A stretch of DNA of 64,000 nt, from positions 12,338,001 to 12,402,000 of the forward strand of contig OZ024745.1 of assembly GCA_964016885.1 (NCBI GenBank). The letters are read 5' to 3'. A model generated the notes under the pieces. That model was not told the DNA's origin and ran no database searches. It saw only the letters and a list, made by a program, of their open reading frames with translations. This DNA comes from Eledone cirrhosa (taxonomy: Eukaryota). Shown piece by piece: positions 15,001 through 30,000 of this stretch. How positions within the stretch are numbered: position 1 is the first letter of the stretch; each line of letters opens with the position of its first letter. The position numbers were made by a program, and so were the translations under genes.

Positions 15001-18000
15001 AGTAGACTGTAACTCACCAATATTGAAGTATGTCATCTCTCTAGTAGACTGTAACTCACCAATATTGAAGTATGTCATCTCTCTAACAGACTGTAACTCA
15101 CCAATACTGAAGTATGTCATCTCTCTAGTAGACTGTAATTCACCAATATTGAAGTATGTCATCTCTCTAGTAGACTGTAACTCACCAATATTGAAGTATG
15201 TCATCTCTCTAGTGGACTGTACCTCACCAATATTGAAGTATGTCATCCCTCTAGTGGACTGTAACTCACCAATATTGAAGTATGTCATCTCTCTAGTAGA
15301 TTGTACCTCACCAATACTGAAGTATGTCATCTCTCTAGTAGACTGTAACTCACCAATATTGAAGTATGTCATCTCTCTAGTAGACTGTAACTCACCAATA
15401 TTGAAGTATGTCATCTCTCTAGTAGACTGTAACTCACCAATATTGAAGTATGTCATCTCTCTAGTGGACTGTAACTCACCAATATTGAAGTATGTCATCC
15501 CTCTAGTGGACTGTAACTCACAAATATTGAAGTATGTCATCTCTCTAGTAGACTGTACCTCACCAATATTGAAGTATGTCATCTCACTAGTAGACTGTAA
15601 CTCACCAATATTGAAGTATGTCATCTCTCTAATAGACTGTAACTCACCAATATTGAAGTATGTCATCTCTCTGGTAGACTGTAACTCTCCAATATTGAAG
15701 TATGTCATCTCTCTAGTGGACTGTAACTCACCAATACCGAAGTATGTCATCTCTCTGGTAGACTGTAACTCACCAATATTGAAGTATGTCATCTCTCTAG
15801 TAGACTGTAACTCACCAATATTGAAGTATGTCATCTCTCTAATAGACTGTAACTCACCAATATTGAAGTATGTCATCTCTCTAGTGGACTGTAACTCACC
15901 AATATCGAAGTATGTCATCTCTCTGGTAGACTGTAACTCACCAATATTGAAGTATGTCATCTCTCTAGTAGACTGTAACTCACCAATATTGAAGTATGTC
16001 ATCTCTCTAATAGACTGTAACTCACCAATATTGAAGTATGTCATCTCTCTAGTAGACTGTAACTCTCTAATATTGAAGTATGTCATCTCTCTAATAGACT
16101 GTAACTCACCAATATTGAAGTATGTCATCTCTCTAGTAGACTGTAACTCTCTAATATTGAAGTATGTCATCTCTCTAGTAGACTGTACCTCACCAATATT
16201 GAAGTATGTCATCTCTCTAGTAGACTGTAACTCACCAATATTGAAGAATGTCATCTCTCTAGTAGACTGTAACTCACTAATATTGAAGTATGTCATCTCT
16301 CTAGTAGACTGTAACCCACCAATATTGAAGTATGTCATCTCTCTACCAGACTGTAACTCACCAATATTGAAGTATGTCATCTCACTAGTAGACTGTAACT
16401 CACCAATATTGAAGTATGTCATCTCACTAGTGGACTGTAACTCACCAATATTGAAGTATGTCATCTCACTAGTGGACTGTAACTCACCAATATTGAAGTA
16501 TGTCATCTCTCTAGTAGACTGTAACTCACCAATATTGAAGTATGTCATCTCTCTAGTAGACTGTACCTCACCAATATTGAAGTATGTCATCTCTCTAGTG
16601 GACTGTAACTCACCAATATTGAAGTATGTCATCTCTCTAACAGACTGTAACTCACCAATACTGAAGTATGTCATCTCTCTAGTAGACTGTAACTCACCAA
16701 TATTGAAGTATGTCATCTCTCTAGTAGACTGTAACTCACCAATATTGAAGTATGTCATCTCTCTAGTAGACTGTAACTCACCAATATTGAAGTATGTCAT
16801 CTCTCTAGTGGACTGTAACTCACCAATATTGAAGTATGTCATCCCTCTAGTGGACTGTAACTCACCAATATTGAAGTATGTCATCTCTGTAGTAGACTGT
16901 AACTCACCAATATTGAAGTATGTCATCTCTCTAGTAGACTGTAACTCACCAATATTGAAGTATGTCATCTCTCTAACAGACTGTAACTCACCAATACTGA
17001 AGTATGTCATCTCTCTAGTAGACTGTAATTCACCAATATTGAAGTATGTCATCTCTCTAGTAGACTGTAACTCACCAATATTGAAGTATGTCATCTCTCT
17101 AGTGGACTGTACCTCACCAATATTGAAGTATGTCATCCCTCTAGTGGACTGTAACTCACCAATATTGAAGTATGTCATCTCTCTAGTAGATTGTACCTCA
17201 CCAATACTGAAGTATGTCATCTCTCTAGTAGACTGTAACTCACCAATATTGAAGTATGTCATCTCTCTAGTAGACTGTAACTCACCAATATTGAAGTATG
17301 TCATCTCTCTAGTAGACTGTAACTCACCAATATTGAAGTATGTCATCTCTCTAGTGGACTGTAACTCACCAATATTGAAGTATGTCATCCCTCTAGTGGA
17401 CTGTAACTCACAAATATTGAAGTATGTCATCTCTCTAGTAGACTGTACCTCACCAATATTGAAGTATGTCATCTCTCTAGTAGACTGTAACTCACCAATA
17501 TTGAAGTATGTCATCTCTCTAATAGACTGTAACTCACCAATATTGAAGTATGTCATCTCTCTGGTAGACTGTAACTCTCCAATATTGAAGTATGTCATCT
17601 CTCTAGTGGACTGTAACTCACCAATACCGAAGTATGTCATCTCTCTGGTAGACTGTAACTCACCAATATTGAAGTATGTCATCTCTCTAGTAGACTGTAA
17701 CTCACCAATATTGAAGTATGTCATCTCTCTAGTAGACTGTAACTCACCAATATTGAAGTATGTCATCTCTCTAGTGGACTGTAACTCACCAATATTGAAG
17801 TATGTCATCCCTCTAGTGGACTGTAACTCACAAATATTGAAGTATGTCATCTCTCTAGTAGACTGTACCTCACCAATATTGAAGTATGTCATCTCACTAG
17901 TAGACTGTAACTCACCAATATTGAAGTATGTCATCTCTCTAATAGACTGTAACTCACCAATATTGAAGTATGTCATCTCTCTGGTAGACTGTAACTCTCC

Positions 18001-21000
18001 AATATTGAAGTATGTCATCTCTCTAGTGGACTGTAACTCACCAATACCGAAGTATGTCATCTCTCTGGTAGACTGTAACTCACCAATATTGAAGTATGTC
18101 ATCTCTCTAGTAGACTGTAACTCACCAATATTGAAGTATGTCATCTCTCTAATAGACTGTAACTCACCAATATTGAAGTATGTCATCTCTCTAGTGGACT
18201 GTAACTCACCAATATCGAAGTATGTCATCTCTCTGGTAGACTGTAACTCACCAATATTGAAGTATGTCATCTCTCTAGTAGACTGTAACTCACCAATATT
18301 GAAGTATGTCATCTCTCTAATAGACTGTAACTCACCAATATTGAAGTATGTCATCTCTCTAGTAGACTGTAACTCTCTAATATTGAAGTATGTCATCTCT
18401 CTAATAGACTGTAACTCACCAATATTGAAGTATGTCATCTCTCTAGTAGACTGTAACTCTCTAATATTGAAGTATGTCATCTCTCTAGTAGACTGTACCT
18501 CACCAATATTGAAGTATGTCATCTCTCTAGTAGACTGTAACTCACCAATATTGAAGAATGTCATCTCTCTAGTAGACTGTAACTCACTAATATTGAAGTA
18601 TGTCATCTCTCTAGTAGACTGTAACCCACCAATATTGAAGTATGTCATCTCTCTACCAGACTGTAACTCACCAATATTGAAGTATGTCATCTCACTAGTA
18701 GACTGTAACTCACCAATATTGAAGTATGTCATCTCACTAGTGGACTGTAACTCACCAATATTGAAGTATGTCATCTCACTAGTGGACTGTAACTCACCAA
18801 TATTGAAGTATGTCATCTCTCTAGTAGACTGTAACTCACCAATATTGAAGTATGTCATCTCTCTAGTAGACTGTACCTCACCAATATTGAAGTATGTCAT
18901 CTCTCTAGTGGACTGTAACTCACCAATATTGAAGTATGTCATCTCTCTAACAGACTGTAACTCACCAATACTGAAGTATGTCATCTCTCTAGTAGACTGT
19001 AACTCACCAATATTGAAGTATGTCATCTCTCTAGTAGACTGTAACTCACCAATATTGAAGTATGTCATCTCTCTAGTAGACTGTAACTCACCAATATTGA
19101 AGTATGTCATCTCTCTAGTGGACTGTAACTCACCAATATTGAAGTATGTCATCCCTCTAGTGGACTGTAACTCACCAATATTGAAGTATGTCATCTCTGT
19201 AGTAGACTGTAACTCACCAATATTGAAGTATGTCATCTCTCTAGTAGACTGTAACTCACCAATATTGAAGTATGTCATCTCTCTAACAGACTGTAACTCA
19301 CCAATACTGAAGTATGTCATCTCTCTAGTAGACTGTAATTCACCAATATTGAAGTATGTCATCTCTCTAGTAGACTGTAACTCACCAATATTGAAGTATG
19401 TCATCTCTCTAGTGGACTGTACCTCACCAATATTGAAGTATGTCATCCCTCTAGTGGACTGTAACTCACCAATATTGAAGTATGTCATCTCTCTAGTAGA
19501 TTGTACCTCACCAATACTGAAGTATGTCATCTCTCTAGTAGACTGTAACTCACCAATATTGAAGTATGTCATCTCTCTAGTAGACTGTAACTCACCAATA
19601 TTGAAGTATGTCATCTCTCTAGTAGACTGTAACTCACCAATATTGAAGTATGTCATCTCTCTAGTGGACTGTAACTCACCAATATTGAAGTATGTCATCC
19701 CTCTAGTGGACTGTAACTCACAAATATTGAAGTATGTCATCTCTCTAGTAGACTGTACCTCACCAATATTGAAGTATGTCATCTCTCTAGTAGACTGTAA
19801 CTCACCAATATTGAAGTATGTCATCTCTCTAATAGACTGTAACTCACCAATATTGAAGTATGTCATCTCTCTGGTAGACTGTAACTCTCCAATATTGAAG
19901 TATGTCATCTCTCTAGTGGACTGTAACTCACCAATACCGAAGTATGTCATCTCTCTGGTAGACTGTAACTCACCAATATTGAAGTATGTCATCTCTCTAG
20001 TAGACTGTAACTCACCAATATTGAAGTATGTCATCTCTCTAATAGACTGTAACTCACCAATATTGAAGTATGTCATCTCTCTAGTGGACTGTAACTCACC
20101 AATATCGAAGTATGTCATCTCTCTGGTAGACTGTAACTCACCAATATTGAAGTATGTCATCTCTCTAGTAGACTGTAACTCACCAATATTGAAGTATGTC
20201 ATCTCTCTAATAGACTGTAACTCACCAATATTGAAGTATGTCATCTCTCTAGTAGACTGTAACTCTCTAATATTGAAGTATGTCATCTCTCTAATAGACT
20301 GTAACTCACCAATATTGAAGTATGTCATCTCTCTAGTAGACTGTAACTCTCTAATATTGAAGTATGTCATCTCTCTAGTAGACTGTACCTCACCAATATT
20401 GAAGTATGTCATCTCTCTAGTAGACTGTAACTCACCAATATTGAAGAATGTCATCTCTCTAGTAGACTGTAACTCACTAATATTGAAGTATGTCATCTCT
20501 CTAGTAGACTGTAACCCACCAATATTGAAGTATGTCATCTCTCTAGTAGACTGTAACTCACCAATATTGAAGTATGTCATCTCTCTAGTAGACTGTAACT
20601 CACCAATATTGAAGTATGTCATCTCTCTAGTAGACTGTAACTCACCAATATTGAAGTATGTCATCTCTCTAACAGACTGTAACTCACCAATACTGAAGTA
20701 TGTCATCTCTCTAGTAGACTGTAATTCACCAATATTGAAGTATGTCATCTCTCTAGTAGACTGTAACTTACCAATATTGAAGTATGTCATGTCTCTAGTG
20801 GACTGTAACTCACCAATATTGAAGTATGTCATCCCTCTAGTGGACTGTAACTCACCAATATTGAAGTATGTCATCTCTCTAGTAGATTGTACCTCACCAA
20901 TACTGAAGTATGTCATCTCTCTAGTAGACTGTAACTCACCAATATTGAAGTATGTCATCTCTCTAGTAGACTGTAACTCACCAATATTGAAGTATGTCAT

Positions 21001-24000
21001 CTTTCTAGTAGACTGTAACTCACCAATATTGAAGTATGTCATCTCTCTAGTGGACTGTAACTCACCAATATTGAAGTATGTCATCCTTCTAGTGGACTGT
21101 AACGCACAAATATTGAAGTATGTCATCTCTCTAGTAGACTGTACCTCACCAATATTGAAGTATGTCATCTCTCTAGTAGACTGTAACTCACCAATATTGA
21201 AGTATGTCATCTCTCTAATAGACTGTAACTCACCAATATTGAAGTATGTCATCTCTCTGGTAGACTGTAACTCTCCAATATTGAAGTATGTCATCTCTCT
21301 AGTGGACTGTAACTCACCAATATCGAAGTATGTCATCTCTCTGGTAGACTGTAACTCACCAATATTGAAGTATGTCATCTCTCTAGTAGACTGTAACTCA
21401 CCAATATTGAAGTATGACATCTCTCTAATAGACTGTAACTCACCAATATTGAAGTATGTCATCTCTCTAGTGGACTGTAACTCACCAATATCGAAGTATG
21501 TCATCTCTCTGGAAGACTGTAACTCACCAATATTGAAGTATGTCATCTCTCTAGTAGACTGTAACTCACCAATATTGAAGTATGTCATCTCTCTAATAGA
21601 CTGTAACTCACCAATATTGAAGTATGTCATCTCTCTAGTAGACTGTAACTCTCTAATATTGAAGTATGTCATCTCTCTTATAGACTGTAACTCACCAATA
21701 TTGAAGTATGTCATCTCTCTAGTAGACTGTAACTCTCTAATATTGAAGTATGTCATCTGTCTAGTAGACTGTAACTCACCAATATTGAAGTATGTCATCT
21801 CTCTAGTAGACTGTAACTCACCAATATTGAAGTATGTCATCTCTCTAGTAGACTGTAACTCACCAATATTGAAGTATGTCATCTCTCTAGTAGACTGTAA
21901 CTCACCAATATTGAAGTATGTCATCTCTCTAGTAGACTGTAACTCACCAATATTGAAGTATGTCATCTCTCTAGTAGACTGTGACCCACCAATATTGAAG
22001 TATGTCATCTCACTAGTGGACTGTAACTCACCAATATTGAAGTATGTCATCTCACTAGTGGACTGTAACTCACCAATATTGAAGTATGTCATCTCTCTAG
22101 TAGACTGTAACTCACCAATATTGAATTATGTCATCTCTCTAGTAGACTGTAACTCACCAATATTGAACTATGTCATCTCTCTAGTAGACTGTAACTCACC
22201 AATATTGAAGTATGTCATCTCTCTAACAGACTGTAACTCACCAATATTGAAGTATGTCATCTCTCTAACAGACTGTAACTCACCAATATTGAAGTATGTC
22301 ATCTCGCTAGTAGACTGTAACTCACCAATATTGAAGTATGTCATCTCTCTAGTAGACTGTAACTCACCAATATTGAAGGATGTCATCTTTCTAGTAGACT
22401 GTAACTCACCAATATTGAAGTATGTCATCTCACTAGTGGACTGTAACTCACCAATATTGAAGTATGTCATCTCTCTAGTAGACTGTATCTCACCAATATT
22501 GAAGTATGTCATCTCTCTAGTGGACTGTAACTCACCAATATTGAAGTATGTCATCTCTCTAACAGACTGTAACTCACCAATACTGAAGTATGTCATCTTT
22601 CTAGTAGACTGTAACTCACCAATATTGAAGTATGTCATCTCTCTAGTAGACTGTAACTCACCAATATTGAAGTGTGTCATCTCTCTAGTAGACTAACTCA
22701 CCAATATTGAAGTATGTCATCTCTCTAGTAGACTGTAACTCACCAATATTGAAGTATGTCATCTCTCTAGTGGACTGTAACTCACCAATATTGAAGTATG
22801 TCATCTCTCTAGTGGACTGTAACTCACCAATATTGAAGTATGTCATCTCTCTCACAGACTGTAACTCACCAATATTGAAGTATGTCATCTCTCTAACAGA
22901 CAGTAACTCACCAATATTGAAGTATGTCATCTCGCTAGTAGACTGTAACTCACCAATATTGAAGTATGTCATCTCTCTAGTAGACTGTAACTCACCAATA
23001 TTGAAGTATGTCATCTCACTAGTGGACTGTAACTCACCAATATTGAAGTATGTCATCTCTCTAGTAGACTGTATCTCACCAATATTGAAGTATGTCATCT
23101 CTCTAGTGGACTGTAACTCACCAATATTGAAGTATGTCATCTCTCTAGTAGACTGTAACTCACCAATATTGAAGGATGTCATCTCTCTAGTAGACTGTAA
23201 CTCACCAATATTGAAGTATGTCATCTCACTAGTGGACTGTAACTCACCAATATTGAAGTATGTCATCTCTCTAGTAGACTGTAACTCACCAATATTGAAG
23301 TATGGCATCTCTCTAGTGGACTGTAACTCACCAATTTTGAAGTATGTCATCTCTCTAGTAGACTGTAACTCACCAATATTGAAGTATGTCATCTCTCTGG
23401 TAGACTGTAACTCTCCAATATTGAAGTATGTCATCTCTCTAGTGGACTGTAACTCACCAATACCGAAGTATGTCATCTCTCTGGTAGACTGTAACTCACC
23501 AATATTGAAGTATGTCATCTCTCTAGTAGACTGTAACTCACCAATATTGAAGTATGTCATCTCTCTAATAGACTGTAACTCACCAATATTGAAGTATGTC
23601 ATCTCTCTAGTGGACTGTAACTCACCAATATCGAAGTATGTCATCTCTCTGGTAGACTGTAACTCACCAATATTGAAGTATGTCATCTCTCTAGTAGACT
23701 GTAACTCACCAATATTGAAGTATGTCATCTCTCTAATAGACTGTAACTCACCAATATTGAAGTATGTCATCTCTCTAGTAGACTGTAACTCTCTAATATT
23801 GAAGTATGTCATCTCTCTAATAGACTGTAACTCACCAATATTGAAGTATGTCATCTCTCTAGTAGACTGTAACTCTCTAATATTGAAGTATGTCATCTCT
23901 CTAGTAGACTGTACCTCACCAATATTGAAGTATGTCATCTCTCTAGTAGACTGTAACTCACCAATATTGAAGAATGTCATCTCTCTAGTAGACTGTAACT

Positions 24001-27000
24001 CACTAATATTGAAGTATGTCATCTTTCTAGTAGACTGTAACCCACCAATATTGAAGTATGTCATCTCTCTAGTAGACTGTAACTCACCAATATTGAAGTA
24101 TGTCATCTCTCTAGTAGACTGTAACTCACCAATATTGAAGTATGTCATCTCTCTAGTAGACTGTAACTCACCAATATTGAAGTATGTCATCTCTCTAACA
24201 GACTGTAACTCACCAATACTGAAGTATGTCATCTCTCTAGTAGACTGTAATTCACCAATATTGAAGTATGTCATCTCTCTAGTAGACTGTAACTTACCAA
24301 TATTGAAGTATGTCATGTCTCTAGTGGACTGTAACTCACCAATATTGAAGTATGTCATCCCTCTAGTGGACTGTAACTCACCAATATTGAAGTATGTCAT
24401 CTCTCTAGTAGATTGTACCTCACCAATACTGAAGTATGTCATCTCTCTAGTAGACTGTAACTCACCAATATTGAAGTATGTCATCTCTCTAGTAGACTGT
24501 AACTCACCAATATTGAAGTATGTCATCTTTCTAGTAGACTGTAACTCACCAATATTGAAGTATGTCATCTCTCTAGTGGACTGTAACTCACCAATATTGA
24601 AGTATGTCATCCTTCTAGTGGACTGTAACGCACAAATATTGAAGTATGTCATCTCTCTAGTAGACTGTACCTCACCAATATTGAAGTATGTCATCTCTCT
24701 AGTAGACTGTAACTCACCAATATTGAAGTATGTCATCTCTCTAATAGACTGTAACTCACCAATATTGAAGTATGTCATCTCTCTGGTAGACTGTAACTCT
24801 CCAATATTGAAGTATGTCATCTCTCTAGTGGACTGTAACTCACCAATATCGAAGTATGTCATCTCTCTGGTAGACTGTAACTCACCAATATTGAAGTATG
24901 TCATCTCTCTAGTAGACTGTAACTCACCAATATTGAAGTATGACATCTCTCTAATAGACTGTAACTCACCAATATTGAAGTATGTCATCTCTCTAGTGGA
25001 CTGTAACTCACCAATATCGAAGTATGTCATCTCTCTGGAAGACTGTAACTCACCAATATTGAAGTATGTCATCTCTCTAGTAGACTGTAACTCACCAATA
25101 TTGAAGTATGTCATCTCTCTAATAGACTGTAACTCACCAATATTGAAGTATGTCATCTCTCTAGTAGACTGTAACTCTCTAATATTGAAGTATGTCATCT
25201 CTCTTATAGACTGTAACTCACCAATATTGAAGTATGTCATCTCTCTAGTAGACTGTAACTCTCTAATATTGAAGTATGTCATCTGTCTAGTAGACTGTAA
25301 CTCACCAATATTGAAGTATGTCATCTCTCTAGTAGACTGTAACTCACCAATATTGAAGTATGTCATCTCTCTAGTAGACTGTAACTCACCAATATTGAAG
25401 TATGTCATCTCTCTAGTAGACTGTAACTCACCAATATTGAAGTATGTCATCTCTCTAGTAGACTGTAACTCACCAATATTGAAGTATGTCATCTCTCTAG
25501 TAGACTGTGACCCACCAATATTGAAGTATGTCATCTCACTAGTGGACTGTAACTCACCAATATTGAAGTATGTCATCTCACTAGTGGACTGTAACTCACC
25601 AATATTGAAGTATGTCATCTCTCTAGTAGACTGTAACTCACCAATATTGAATTATGTCATCTCTCTAGTAGACTGTAACTCACCAATATTGAACTATGTC
25701 ATCTCTCTAGTAGACTGTAACTCACCAATATTGAAGTATGTCATCTCTCTAACAGACTGTAACTCACCAATATTGAAGTATGTCATCTCTCTAACAGACT
25801 GTAACTCACCAATATTGAAGTATGTCATCTCGCTAGTAGACTGTAACTCACCAATATTGAAGTATGTCATCTCTCTAGTAGACTGTAACTCACCAATATT
25901 GAAGGATGTCATCTTTCTAGTAGACTGTAACTCACCAATATTGAAGTATGTCATCTCACTAGTGGACTGTAACTCACCAATATTGAAGTATGTCATCTCT
26001 CTAGTAGACTGTATCTCACCAATATTGAAGTATGTCATCTCTCTAGTGGACTGTAACTCACCAATATTGAAGTATGTCATCTCTCTAACAGACTGTAACT
26101 CACCAATACTGAAGTATGTCATCTTTCTAGTAGACTGTAACTCACCAATATTGAAGTATGTCATCTCTCTAGTAGACTGTAACTCACCAATATTGAAGTG
26201 TGTCATCTCTCTAGTAGACTAACTCACCAATATTGAAGTATGTCATCTCTCTAGTAGACTGTAACTCACCAATATTGAAGTATGTCATCTCTCTAGTGGA
26301 CTGTAACTCACCAATATTGAAGTATGTCATCTCTCTAGTGGACTGTAACTCACCAATATTGAAGTATGTCATCTCTCTCACAGACTGTAACTCACCAATA
26401 TTGAAGTATGTCATCTCTCTAACAGACAGTAACTCACCAATATTGAAGTATGTCATCTCGCTAGTAGACTGTAACTCACCAATATTGAAGTATGTCATCT
26501 CTCTAGTAGACTGTAACTCACCAATATTGAAGTATGTCATCTCACTAGTGGACTGTAACTCACCAATATTGAAGTATGTCATCTCTCTAGTAGACTGTAT
26601 CTCACCAATATTGAAGTATGTCATCTCTCTAGTGGACTGTAACTCACCAATATTGAAGTATGTCATCTCTCTAGTAGACTGTAACTCACCAATATTGAAG
26701 GATGTCATCTCTCTAGTAGACTGTAACTCACCAATATTGAAGTATGTCATCTCACTAGTGGACTGTAACTCACCAATATTGAAGTATGTCATCTCTCTAG
26801 TAGACTGTAACTCACCAATATTGAAGTATGGCATCTCTCTAGTGGACTGTAACTCACCAATTTTGAAGTATGTCATCTCTCTAGTAGACTGTAACTCACC
26901 AATATTGAAGTATGTCATCTCTCTAGTGGACCGTAACTCACCAATATTGAAGTATGTCATCTCTGTAGTAGACTGTAACACACCAATATTGAAGTATGTC

Positions 27001-30000
27001 ATCTCTCTAACAGACTGTAACTCACCAATATAGAAGTATGTCATCTCTCTAGTAGACTGTAACTCACCAATATTGAAGTATGTCATCTCTCTAGTGGACT
27101 GTAACTCACCAACATTGAAGTATGTCATCTCTCTAGTAGACTGTAACTCACCAATATTGAAGTATGTCATCTCTCTAGTAGACTGTAACTCACCAATATT
27201 GAAGTATGTCATCTCTCTAGTGGACTGTAACTCACCAATATTGAAGGATGTCATCTCTCTAGTTGACTGTAACTCACCAATATTGAAGTATGTCATCTCT
27301 CTAGTAGACTGTAACTCACCAATATATAAGTATGTCATCTCTCTAGTAGACTGTAACACACCAATATTGAAGTATGTCATCTCTCTAGTAGACTGTAACT
27401 CACCGATATTGAAGTATGTCATCTCACTAACAGACTGTAACTCACCAATATAGAAGTATGTCATCTCTCTAGTAGACTGTAACTCACCAATATTGAAGTA
27501 TGTCATCTCTCTAGTAGACTGTAACTCACCAATATTGAAGTATGTCATCTCACTAGTAGACTGTAACTCACCAATATAGAAGTATGTCATCTCTCTAGTA
27601 GACTGTAACTCACCAATATTGAAGTATGTCATCTCTCTAGGGGAGTGTAACTCACCAATATTGAAGTATGTCATCTCTCTAGTAGACTGTAACTCTCCAA
27701 CAGACTGTAACTCACCAATATTGAAGTATGTCATCTCTCTAGTAGACTGTAACTCACCAATATTGAAGTATGTCATCTCTCTAGTAGACTGTAACTCACC
27801 AATATTGAAGTTTGTCATCTCTCTAACAGACTGTAACTCACCAATATTGAAGTATGTCATCTCTCTAGTAGACTGTAACTCACCAATATTGAAGTATGTC
27901 ATCTCTCTAGTAGACTGTAACTCACCAATATTGAAGTATGTCATGTCTCTAGTAGACTGTAACTCACCAATATTGAAGTGTCATATCTCTAGTGGACTGT
28001 AACTCACCAATATTGAAGTGTCATCTCTCTAGTGGACTGTAACTCACCAATATTGAAGTATGTCATCTCTCTAGTAGACTGTACCTCACCAATATTGAAG
28101 TATGTCATCTCTCTAGTAGACTGTAACTCACCAATATTGAAGAATGTCATCTCTCTAGTAGACTGTAACTCACTAATATTGAAGTATGTCATCTCTCTAG
28201 TAGACTGTAACCCACCAATATTGAAGTATGTCATCTCTCTAGTAGACTGTAACTCACCAATATTGAAGTATGTCATCTCTCTAGTAGACTGTAACTCACC
28301 AATATTGAAGTATGTCATCTCTCTAGTAGACTGTAACTCACCAATATTGAAGTATGTCATCTCTCTAACAGACTGTAACTCACCAATACTGAAGTATGTC
28401 ATCTCTCTAGTAGACTGTAATTCACCAATATTGAAGTATGTCATCTCTCTAGTAGACTGTAACTTACCAATATTGAAGTATGTCATGTCTCTAGTGGACT
28501 GTAACTCACCAATATTGAAGTATGTCATCCCTCTAGTGGACTGTAACTCACCAATATTGAAGTATGTCATCTCTCTAGTAGAATGTACCTCACCAATACT
28601 GAAGTATGTCATCTCTCTAGTAGACTGTAACTCACCAATATTGAAGTATGTCATCTCTCTAGTAGACTGTAACTCACCAATATTGAAGTATGTCATCTTT
28701 CTAGTAGACTGTAACTCACCAATATTGAAGTATGTCATCTCTCTAGTGGACTGTAACTCACCAATATTGAAGTATGTCATCCTTCTAGTGGACTGTAACG
28801 CACAAATATTGAAGTATGTCATCTCTCTAGTAGACTGTACCTCTCCAATATTGAAGTATGTCATCTCTCTAGTGGACTGTAACTCACCAATATCGAAGTA
28901 TGTCATCTCTCTGGTAGACTGTAACTCACCAATATTGAAGTATGTCATCTCTCTAGTAGACTGTAACTCACCAATATTGAAGTATGACATCTCTCTAATA
29001 GACTGTAACTCACCAATATTGAAGTATGTCATCTCTCTAGTGGACTGTAACTCACCAATATCGAAGTATGTCATCTCTCTGGAAGACTGTAACTCACCAA
29101 TATTGAAGTATGTCATCTCTCTAGTAGACTGTAACTCACCAATATTGAAGTATGTCATCTCTCTAATAGACTGTAACTCACCAATATTGAAGTATGTCAT
29201 CTCTCTAGTAGACTGTAACTCTCTAATATTGAAGTATGTCATCTCTCTTATAGACTGTAACTCACCAATATTGAAGTATGTCATCTCTCTAGTAGACTGT
29301 AACTCTCTAATATTGAAGTATGTCATCTGTCTAGTAGACTGTAACTCACCAATATTGAAGTATGTCATCTCTCTAGTAGACTGTAACTCACCAATATTGA
29401 AGTATGTCATCTCTCTAGTAGACTGTAACTCACCAATATTGAAGTATGTCATCTCTCTAGTAGACTGTAACTCACCAATATTGAAGTATGTCATCTCTCT
29501 AGTAGACTGTAACTCACCAATATTGAAGTATGTCATCTCTCTAGTAGACTGTGACCCACCAATATTGAAGTATGTCATCTCACTAGTGGACTGTAACTCA
29601 CCAATATTGAAGTATGTCATCTCACTAGTGGACTGTAACTCACCAATATTGAAGTATGTCATCTCTCTAGTAGACTGTAACTCACCAATATTGAATTATG
29701 TCATCTCTCTAGTAGACTGTAACTCACCAATATTGAACTATGTCATCTCTCTAGTAGACTGTAACTCACCAATATTGAAGTATGTCATCTCTCTAACAGA
29801 CTGTAACTCACCAATATTGAAGTATGTCATCTCTCTAACAGACTGTAACTCACCAATATTGAAGTATGTCATCTCGCTAGTAGACTGTAACTCACCAATA
29901 TTGAAGTATGTCATCTCTCTAGTAGACTGTAACTCACCAATATTGAAGGATGTCATCTTTCTAGTTGACTGTAACTCACCAATATTGAAGTATGTCATCT